Source: Candidatus Kaiserbacteria bacterium (GTDB taxonomy: Bacteria > Patescibacteriota > Minisyncoccia > Phycocordibacterales > Phycocordibacteraceae). From it: DNA of 64,000 bases. A program made the translations under genes and the position numbers. The notes under the pieces were generated by a model that was not told the origin of the DNA, searched no databases, and was given only the letters and a program-made list of their open reading frames with translations. Within the stretch, counting starts at the first letter, position 1; every line of letters begins with the position of its first letter. Positions 57,133 through 64,000 of the stretch are shown piece after piece. The DNA lies in NCBI GenBank assembly GCA_029288835.1, contig JARIGN010000032.1, forward strand, positions 15,090 through 79,089, read 5' to 3'.

Positions 57133-58410
57133 ATGTTTGACCGAGTCCTTCACAAAATACAGATAGCCTTCACTGACTCGGCGATCCGCACCCGAATCCT
57201 TTTTCTCGTGGGTGCCCTTGTCGTGTTCCGTTTTCTTGCGGCTATTCCGATTCCTGGCGTTGATCGTGCTGCCCTTGCGAATTTCTTCCAGAATAACCAG
57301 TTCCTTGGTCTTTTGAACGTTTTCTCTGGCGGTGGTTTTTCCCGTCTTTCTATCGTAATGCTCGGCGTGGGTCCGTACATTACTGCTTCTATCATCATGC
57401 AGGTGGCGACCTTCTTCATTCCCCAGATCAAGTACATGCAGACAGAAGAGGGTGAGGCAGGCCGCACGAAATTTATCATGTGGAGTCGCATGCTCACTAT
57501 TCCGATTGCTATTCTTCAGGGCGTTGCTTTTCTCTCGCTCCTTGAGTCGCAGCACATTATCGCAGGACCACTTTCTTCACTCGCTTTTGCAGCGAACGTT
57601 TTCCTTGTGGCAGGCGGCTCGGTCCTTCTTATGTGGATTGGTGAGCTTATTACGGAGTTTGGCATCGGAAACGGTGTCTCGCTCATCATCTTTGCCGGTA
57701 TCGTCGCTCGCATTCCTTCAGGAATTTCTCAGACCCTTTATACTGCTACCACGGCACAGATTCCTGCTTACCTCGGCTTTCTCGCAGTCGCGCTCGTGGT
57801 GATTTATGCGGTCGTCGCGGTTTCTGATGCCGAGCGCTCAATCCCAATAGCCTACGCACGCGCAACCCGGGGCCAGGCACTCCAGCAGGGAGGCGCTACC
57901 TATCTTCCTATCCGCGTCTTGCAGGTGGGCGTGGTACCTATCATCTTTGCGCTTTCGCTCCTGCTTCTTCCTCAGGTGGCACTTACGGGCCTTGCCGCTA
58001 TCGGCATAAAGGGCCTTGCAGGCGCGACCGCGTGGTACACGGCGTTCTCAAACAACCTTCTTGAGTACGGTATCGTCTACTTTATCCTCGTTATTCTCTT
58101 CACCTACTTCTACACTGCCGTTATCTTTGAACCAAAGCGTATGGCAGACAATCTCCAGAAGTCTGGCGCGTTTATTCCAGGCGTTCGTCCAGGTGGCGAA
58201 ACCGAAAAGTACATCAGCGCGGTGGTGCATCGCATCACGCTTCCGGGTGCAGTCTTCCTTGGTTTTGTCGCAGTCATCCCATTTATCATCCAGGGCATTA
58301 CGGGTATTACTTCAATTCTCGTTGGCGGTACCGCGCTCCTTATTGCGGTGCAGGTGGTTCTTGATTTGGTGCGAAAGGTTGATGCACAGGCTTCACTCCG
58401 AGAGTACTAA
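57133..58410 (+). CDS. secY: Preprotein translocase subunit SecY
   Basis: LGVGPYITASII, GIGNGVSLIIFAGI, FIPGVRPG, GGTALLI. Confidence 0.98.
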   Translation: MFDRVLHKIQIAFTDSAIRTRILFLVGALVVFRFLAAIPIPGVDRAALANFFQNNQFLGLLNVFSGGGFSRLSIVMLGVGPYITASIIMQVATFFIPQIKYMQTEEGEAGRTKFIMWSRMLTIPIAILQGVAFLSLLESQHIIAGPLSSLAFAANVFLVAGGSVLLMWIGELITEFGIGNGVSLIIFAGIVARIPSGISQTLYTATTAQIPAYLGFLAVALVVIYAVVAVSDAERSIPIAYARATRGQALQQGGATYLPIRVLQVGVVPIIFALSLLLLPQVALTGLAAIGIKGLAGATAWYTAFSNNLLEYGIVYFILVILFTYFYTAVIFEPKRMADNLQKSGAFIPGVRPGGETEKYISAVVHRITLPGAVFLGFVAVIPFIIQGITGITSILVGGTALLIAVQVVLDLVRKVDAQASLREY

Positions 58411-58472
58411 TTCGCTGATTTCACACGTCTGACCTCAAGTTCCACGTCGAAGTCTGTTAAAATCGAATAATC

Positions 58473-59045
58473 ATGGGTAAACTCATCCTCGTCATTGGCC
58501 CTACCGGTAGCGGTAAGAGCGTGCTCATTAGCTATATTAAGGAAAACTTTCCGCAAATCTCCTACCTTGCTTCCTATACGACGCGCGAAAAGCGTCCAGG
58601 CGCAGAAAATTCCGCGTACCAGTTTTTAAGCGTTGAAGAATTTGAGCACATGAAAGAAGCAGGTGAGTTTTTGGAGTGGGCGCAGTTTGGTGGAAATTAT
58701 TATGGCACTTCTAAGCAGGAAGTGACCTCTGCGCTTTCTGCAGGAAAGGTAGTGCTCAAAGAAATGGAAGTGCAGGGCGTGCGACAAATTCAGGAAATCC
58801 TTACTCCCGAGCAGCTCGTCATCATGTATATTGATGCAGGAAGTTGGGAAGAGCTCGAGCGACGCGTTCGTGCCCGTGCGCCTATTACCGAGGAAGAACT
58901 TGAAAAACGAAAGCATCGGTATGAAGATGAAGTGCCGTTTAAGCAAACGGCAGACTACGTGATCCAGAACCTACCGGGCGAGCTTGAAAAGGCACAGGAG
59001 CAGATTCGAAAGGCACTAGAAGAGGTCATACACAGCGTGTCCTAA
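58473..59045 (+). CDS. gmk: Guanylate kinase
   Basis: GPTGSGKS, SYTTREKRPG, FLEWAQFGGNYYGT. Confidence 0.93.
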   Translation: MGKLILVIGPTGSGKSVLISYIKENFPQISYLASYTTREKRPGAENSAYQFLSVEEFEHMKEAGEFLEWAQFGGNYYGTSKQEVTSALSAGKVVLKEMEVQGVRQIQEILTPEQLVIMYIDAGSWEELERRVRARAPITEEELEKRKHRYEDEVPFKQTADYVIQNLPGELEKAQEQIRKALEEVIHSVS

Positions 59046-59067
59046 GAATTTCCTATATACTAAAGGT

Positions 59068-59646
59068 ATGAATACGAAAAATACGGTGCTTTTGATTGGG
59101 AAGCCGGGCTCGGGAAAGGGAACGCAGGCAAAGATGCTCGCTGAAAAGAAAGGATGGAAAAATTTCTCTTCAGGAGAGCGTTTTAAGGAGATTCGGGATG
59201 GAAACATGCCGTATTCTGTTCGCGTGAAGGAAGCATATGACAAGGGTGCATTTGCTCCTGATTGGTTCGCTGACTATCTCCTCGAAGATGCGCTCTTGAA
59301 TCTCGGCTCAGAGAGCGGGGTGGTGCTCGAGGGCTTTGGCCGTACAAAGGAGCAGGCGGCGCACGTGATGGACCTGCTTTCCTGGCTCGGGCGAGAGCTT
59401 ATTGTTTTAAATCTGGAAGTCTCTGACGAAGAGGTGGTGCGCCGCATGCTTAAGCGCAGCGAGACCGAACACCGCCCAGACAGCGACGGTGAAGAAAAGA
59501 TAAAGGCACGGCTTGCGCAGTACGAGGCAAACACTGCGGGAGCGCTCGCGTATTTTCGTGAGCTGGGTGTGGTACAGGAAATAAACGGCGAGCAGTCCCC
59601 GGAGGAGATTGCGGCAGAAATTGCGGCAATGCTTGGTAGTGAGTAG
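59068..59646 (+). CDS. adk: Adenylate kinase family NMP kinase (short LID)
   Basis: GKPGSGKGTQA, LEGFGRT, RPDSD; position before map. Confidence 0.88.
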   Translation: MNTKNTVLLIGKPGSGKGTQAKMLAEKKGWKNFSSGERFKEIRDGNMPYSVRVKEAYDKGAFAPDWFADYLLEDALLNLGSESGVVLEGFGRTKEQAAHVMDLLSWLGRELIVLNLEVSDEEVVRRMLKRSETEHRPDSDGEEKIKARLAQYEANTAGALAYFRELGVVQEINGEQSPEEIAAEIAAMLGSE

Positions 59647-59676
59647 CTATGCCTCTGGCAAATACGAATCAATAGT

Positions 59677-60459
59677 ATGATTGCCCAACCGCACGATATC
59701 GAGGGTCTCAAGGAAGCAGGGCGCAGGCTCGGTGCTATTTTGGAGCGGCTTGCGGGAGAGGTGCGGTTTGGCATTTCCACGCTTGAGCTCGATACGCTTG
59801 CGGAGCAATGGATTCGGGAAGGCGGTGACGAGCCCTGCTTTAAGGGGTATAACCCAGGCGGGCCAGCGGGAGGATTCCCGAATGCCTGCTGCATTTCCGT
59901 GAACGATGAAGTCGTTCACGGTTTGCCGCGCGCGGAGCGCGCCCTTAAAGAAGGGGACATCATCAGCCTCGACCTCGGCCTTTCACACAAAGGCTATGTG
60001 ATGGATTCAGCGCTCACGGTTCCCGTTGGCTCTCCCGCAAAAGTGCAGTCAAAGGTGCTCGAGCTGCTTGCGGTGACCGAAAATGCGCTTGCGGAAGGTG
60101 TTGCTGCTGCAAAAGTAGGTTCGCGCATTGGCGACATTTCTCATGCTATAGAAGAAACATACAAGGGTACTGGATTTTCAATCGTAAAAGCGCTGGGAGG
60201 GCATGGCGTTGGTGCTGAAGTCCACGAGGAGCCGTTTATCGCTAACTTCGGCCACGAGGGTACAGGGCCTGAAATAGTGCCGGGCATGGTGCTTGCGCTT
60301 GAGCCTATAGCGACCAACGGCAAGGCAAGTGTCTTAGTTGCTCCTGACGGCTTCACCTACCGCACGCGCGACGGCTCCTGGGCAGCACACTTTGAGCATA
60401 CTATTCTTGTGCTCGAGGATGAGACGGTCGTCCTTACCAAGCGGCCGAGTGAGAAATAG
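59677..60459 (+). CDS. map: Methionine aminopeptidase type I
   Basis: CISVNDEVVHGLP, GHGVG, HEEP, LALEP, AHFEHT. Confidence 0.97.
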   Translation: MIAQPHDIEGLKEAGRRLGAILERLAGEVRFGISTLELDTLAEQWIREGGDEPCFKGYNPGGPAGGFPNACCISVNDEVVHGLPRAERALKEGDIISLDLGLSHKGYVMDSALTVPVGSPAKVQSKVLELLAVTENALAEGVAAAKVGSRIGDISHAIEETYKGTGFSIVKALGGHGVGAEVHEEPFIANFGHEGTGPEIVPGMVLALEPIATNGKASVLVAPDGFTYRTRDGSWAAHFEHTILVLEDETVVLTKRPSEK

Positions 60460-60545
60460 GCTCGGTAGCTTTTTGCTGGTTTTTCGCTATACTGCAGATA
60501 TTCAGCCGAAAGGCCATTTTTTATTAAGTTTATTTAACAACATCT

Positions 60546-61157
60546 ATGTCAAACCCACACCCTAGCACTGAGCGCACCTTTGTTATCGTGAAGCCAGACG
60601 GCGTGCAGCGCGGCCTTATCGGCGAAGTCATTAAGCGCTATGAAAACGTCGGCCTTAAGCTCGTCGGCATTAAAATGATGGTTGCAGAGCCAGGGCACAT
60701 CGAGCAGCACTACACCCTCGACCCAAACTGGCGCACCGTCACCGGCGAGAAGACCATTGAAAGCTATAAGAAGAAGGGCCTTACGCCTCCGTCTGAGGAT
60801 CCGCTTGAGATTACCGCCGTCATCCTCGCAAACCTTAAGACCTACATGACCGCGGGTCCTATCGTGTGCATGGTTTGGCAGGGAGCGCACGCAGTGAAGA
60901 TCATCCGCAAGATTACCGGTGGCACTGAGCCCCTCACCTCAGATGTGGGAACTATCCGCGGAGATTATGTCCTCGACTCATACCAGATGTCTGACACCGA
61001 TAACCGCGCGGTGCGCAACGTCATTCATGCCTCAGGCTCTCCTGAAGAGGCAGACATGGAAATTAAGCATTGGTTTAAGCCAAGCGAGCTCGTCGACTAC
61101 CGCCTCGTGAACGAGCAGATCATGTACGACGCAAACCTCGACGGCATTTTGGACTAG
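60546..61157 (+). CDS. ndk: Nucleoside diphosphate kinase
   Basis: ERTFVIVKPDGVQRGLIGE, GTIRGDY, NVIHAS. Confidence 0.96.
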   Translation: MSNPHPSTERTFVIVKPDGVQRGLIGEVIKRYENVGLKLVGIKMMVAEPGHIEQHYTLDPNWRTVTGEKTIESYKKKGLTPPSEDPLEITAVILANLKTYMTAGPIVCMVWQGAHAVKIIRKITGGTEPLTSDVGTIRGDYVLDSYQMSDTDNRAVRNVIHASGSPEEADMEIKHWFKPSELVDYRLVNEQIMYDANLDGILD

Positions 61158-61183
61158 TCAAAACGCAAAGAGTATAATGGGCA

Positions 61184-61335
61184 GGAAGCCATCCGTAAAA
61201 ACGCAACTTGCTCAATTTTAGGGAGGTTTAGATCCCGCGAACCTGCAAAGTCCGGGCGCAAGCAGGACTTTCAATGGCGCGCGATGCGACCACCCACGTG
61301 GCACAAAAAAGTTGCCACATCGCGGATGGTTTCCC
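61184..61335 (+). ncRNA. ssrS: Probable 6S RNA
   Basis: TATAAT at 61173; rod-like fold GGAAGCCATCCG/CGGATGGTTTCC, GCAACTT/AAGTTGC, central bubble 61210-20 opposite 61296-308, GGGAGGT/ACCACCC, AAAGTCC/GGACTTT; followed by a terminator. Confidence 0.72.
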
Positions 61336-61365
61336 AAAAAAGCTGCTCGAAAGAGCGGCTTTTTT
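61336..61365 (+). terminator. Terminator after the putative 6S RNA
   Basis: AAAAAAGCTGCTC-GAAA-GAGCGGCTTTTTT. Confidence 0.85.
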
Positions 61366-61383
61366 GTATACTAGGAGAGAACA

Positions 61384-61839
61384 ATGAAAAAGATACAAAT
61401 ATGTGGAGCTTTTCTGGGAGTGTTTGCAGTCGGCGTACTTTCGGGCGCTTTCCTATTTTCCTCAATTCAACCACGTCCCATAATCTCAGTAGCAAATTGC
61501 AGTACTAATTGCTTGAATAGTAGTCAAATTAAAGCTTTGCTGCTTTCTGCTGGCATACAGTATTTTCCCCAGACGCTCTCCATAGTGCAGGAAACAGATA
61601 CCGTACTTGTCATAAAGAGTCCTGAACCTGAGGCAAAAATTGACTATTTAGTACTCCCTAAGAAAGACATTAAGGATCTCGGACAGCTTACTGTAGATGA
61701 TCGAAAGTATCTTGATGATTCCTTTATGGTCATTGCTGAACTTATTCAACAAAATAACTACACCAATTATCAGGTGGTAATTAACGGACCCGACCGGCAG
61801 CGCCTCAATTACTTGCATGTTCATTTGCTCGTGAATTAG
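61384..61839 (+). CDS. HIT-like protein with an N-terminal membrane anchor or signal
   Basis: P.P.AKIDYLVLPKK, VVINGP..Q...YLHVHL. Confidence 0.78.
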   Translation: MKKIQICGAFLGVFAVGVLSGAFLFSSIQPRPIISVANCSTNCLNSSQIKALLLSAGIQYFPQTLSIVQETDTVLVIKSPEPEAKIDYLVLPKKDIKDLGQLTVDDRKYLDDSFMVIAELIQQNNYTNYQVVINGPDRQRLNYLHVHLLVN

Positions 61840-61866
61840 AATATCTCCTTGTGCTACAGTAACTAC

Positions 61867-63306
61867 ATGCTAAAACTCACCTGCTATGGGGGCGCGGAAA
61901 TGGTAACGGGATCAAATTTTTTGGTAGAAGGGGAGAAGGGAAAGATTTTAATTGATTGCGGGCTTGAGCAGGGTAATGATTTCGCGGAAAAGGAGATGTA
62001 CGCGCCCTTTCCGTATGATGTGTCTTCCATCGATGCCGTCGTGATAACGCACGCACACCTCGACCATATCGGCCGCGTGCCGAAGCTCGTGAAGGAAGGC
62101 TTCCGCGGGAAAATCTACATGACGCCGCCTACCAAGGACCTCATGCAGCTTATGCTCGAGGACACCGTCGATATTCTGACTCAGAACGCGCACCAACTCG
62201 GTCTCGACCCGCTCTATACCGACGCGGACATTGCGAAGACCATGCCACTCGTCGAGACGCTCGACTATCACGAAGAGCGCGAAGTTGCTCCAGGGCTTTC
62301 TGTTTATCTCCGCAATACCGGGCATATTTTAGGTTCGGCAAGTGTGCGGATTAAAGAGGTCGGTCAGGGAGCTGGTGGAGAAAATAGTGCCGGCGAAGGC
62401 CTCTCCCTCGCACTCACCGGCGACATCGGCAACACTCCTTCGCCCTATCTTCCGGACTGGGAACCTATCACTGACGCCGACTATGTACTCATGGAAAGCG
62501 TGTACGGCGACCGCGCCGACACAGAAAAGGAAGACCGTGTAAGACTTTTGCGCGACACGCTTAAGAAAGCTATCGAGCGCGGCGGCACTATTTTAATTCC
62601 GGCCTTTTCAATCGAGCGCACGCAGCTCATGCTCTATGAAATCTCCCGCATGATGGAAGAAGGGGATTTGCCGCAGGTGCCGGTGTACCTAGACTCGCCG
62701 CTTGCTATCAAGGCTACCGAAATATATGAAAAGTGGATGCGCGAGCAGAAAGACAGCTCGCCATATTTTAAGCCTGCTGCTGAGGAAGAGCTGCACCGCA
62801 GGCATGACCTCTTTAAGTTTCCCTTTCTCACCGAGACCCTTTCTCGAGAGGAATCCCAGGAAATAGCAAAGGCACCAAACCCGAAGATAATTATGGCAGG
62901 TGCCGGCATGTCGCACGGTGGCCGCATCGGGCACTGGGAGCAGAAATACCTCCCGGACCCTTCAACCACGCTTCTCATTGTGGGCTACCAGGCTCCAGGA
63001 AGCCCAGGGCGGCTTCTTCAGGACGGTGCGCCCCATGTGCGTCTCGGCGGGGTGGACGTGCGCATAAAGGGCAAAATAGGGACATTTGTGGGGTGGTCAG
63101 CACATGCCGACCGGGACGGCCTGCTTGATTTCGCAAAGGCCGCACTCGATGGTCAAACTAAGGGCTTTTTTGTCGCGCTTGGCGAGCCGTCCTCAGCACG
63201 CTTCCTCGCACAGCGCATCCATGACTATCTCGGCTCGAATGCCATCGTGCCCGTTCAGGGCGAGAGCTTCGAGCTTAGTAAGCAGGGAATTAAGCGCTTG
63301 AAGTAA
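61867..63306 (+). CDS. Metallo-beta-lactamase/beta-CASP RNA-metabolising nuclease
   Basis: THAHLDHIG, GHILGSA, TGDIG, MESVYG, GMSHGGRI, SAHAD. Confidence 0.93.
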   Translation: MLKLTCYGGAEMVTGSNFLVEGEKGKILIDCGLEQGNDFAEKEMYAPFPYDVSSIDAVVITHAHLDHIGRVPKLVKEGFRGKIYMTPPTKDLMQLMLEDTVDILTQNAHQLGLDPLYTDADIAKTMPLVETLDYHEEREVAPGLSVYLRNTGHILGSASVRIKEVGQGAGGENSAGEGLSLALTGDIGNTPSPYLPDWEPITDADYVLMESVYGDRADTEKEDRVRLLRDTLKKAIERGGTILIPAFSIERTQLMLYEISRMMEEGDLPQVPVYLDSPLAIKATEIYEKWMREQKDSSPYFKPAAEEELHRRHDLFKFPFLTETLSREESQEIAKAPNPKIIMAGAGMSHGGRIGHWEQKYLPDPSTTLLIVGYQAPGSPGRLLQDGAPHVRLGGVDVRIKGKIGTFVGWSAHADRDGLLDFAKAALDGQTKGFFVALGEPSSARFLAQRIHDYLGSNAIVPVQGESFELSKQGIKRLK

Positions 63307-63312
63307 AACCTC

Positions 63313-63615
63313 CTAGCGGGCGAACACTTTTCCCTCAAGGTGATCGAGCCGTCTTTCAATGCGGACAAAGCCGCGTGCGGTAACTTCAGCTAATTCAGCA
63401 ATAGCCGTATCTACCTTCTCATCTATTTTCCTATCCAGGGCATCAATCTTGTCATTTGTTTTCTTAAATAAATCTATTGTTGTTTGAATAAAATAATCTA
63501 ACTTTGAATCAGTAGCTTCAGCCTTTTCAATAAAATAATCGAGCTTAGCATTGGTTTTGGTGATCATTTCTGTGAGTAGATCAAATTTTTCATCAGATGA
63601 ATGGGAAGTCGCCAT
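63313..63615 (-). CDS. Small coiled-coil hypothetical protein
   Basis: Heptad pattern with an internal KLDYFI repeat; AT-rich. Confidence 0.65.
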   Translation of the reverse strand: MATSHSSDEKFDLLTEMITKTNAKLDYFIEKAEATDSKLDYFIQTTIDLFKKTNDKIDALDRKIDEKVDTAIAELAEVTARGFVRIERRLDHLEGKVFAR

Positions 63616-63730
63616 AAAGTAGAGTTAGTATTATCCCGAATAAAAGGTGCGTCAAGCGCGTCGCGGAAGTATAGCGTATTCACCTGAAGTTTTGCTTCAA
63701 AAGTTCTCAGAAATATATGAAAAGTGAGCC

Positions 63731-63821
63731 AAGGAAAATAGAAAAAGCTCCTTTGAAGTGAGTAAGACCGGCCAAGCGGCCTCGGAGCGCTCACTTCAAA
63801 GGAGCTTTTTCTATTTTCCTT
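63731..63821. repeat. Perfect 32-bp inverted repeat with a 27-nt GC-rich spacer
   Basis: AAGGAAAATAGAAAAAGCTCCTTTGAAGTGAG (63731-62) and its exact reverse complement (63790-821). Confidence 0.9.
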
Positions 63822-64000
63822 TAAGACCCCACCTTCTCAAGCACACGCGTAAACACTGCTGGTTCCTTTTGAGCGAGCTCTGAAAGGACCTTGCGGTCGA
63901 GCTCGATGTTGCTCTTCTTGAGGGCAGCGATAAAGGTGCTGTATGACTTGTAGCCATTCTCACGAAGCGCAGCGTTGAGGCGGACGATCCAGAGGGATCG
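63821..64000 (-). CDS. rplT: 50S ribosomal protein L20, 3' part (truncated by the window edge)
   Basis: Manual translation [50 protein letters not shown]...*. Confidence 0.95.
   Translation of the reverse strand, partial: RSLWIVRLNAALRENGYKSYSTFIAALKKSNIELDRKVLSELAQKEPAVFTRVLEKVGS

Noticed and set aside
61184-61335. SRP RNA, tmRNA or RNase P RNA
   Set aside because: No SRP helix-8 motif, no tRNA-like ends, and too short for RNase P; the fold fits 6S better.
1-64000. CRISPR array, integrase/transposase, rRNA or canonical tRNA genes
   Set aside because: No regularly spaced direct repeats, recombinase motifs or complete tRNA/rRNA signatures were recognised by eye.
1-64000. Alternative genetic code (UGA=Gly as in Gracilibacteria/SR1)
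   Set aside because: Core genes are full length under code 11, and TGA terminates a complete gene (the PfpI-family ORF at 15399).

Overview
Chromosomal window of a small-genome bacterium that looks like Patescibacteria/CPR, probably Parcubacteria. This rests on the absence of rpmD between rpsE and rplO, SD-less core genes, type IV pilus and ComEC genes, and standard code 11 with TGA used as stop. The left half (1-31 kb) holds housekeeping genes (hup, rny, clpP, ppa, nusA, tpiA, pgk, recJ, rnhA, sod, rpmB), a Phd/VapC-type toxin-antitoxin pair, a pilB-pilC-minor pilin cluster, a split ComEC, a secreted lipase and several ORFans. The right half holds the str-S10-spc ribosomal cluster broken into seven separately promoted blocks with accessory genes at every junction, then secY-gmk-adk-map-ndk, a probable 6S RNA, a beta-CASP nuclease and the 3' end of rplT. 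Best leads: (i) a promoter-driven ~60-nt cloverleaf-like RNA convergent with a RelE/BECR-like ORF at 17.95-18.4 kb; (ii) three distinct translation-initiation classes, including at least 14 apparently leaderless genes and SD-bearing ORFan cassettes; (iii) the modularised ribosomal cluster; (iv) an unannotated 6S RNA, a structured rplC leader and a 32-bp perfect inverted repeat. All family calls come from motif recognition by eye; no database searches were run.
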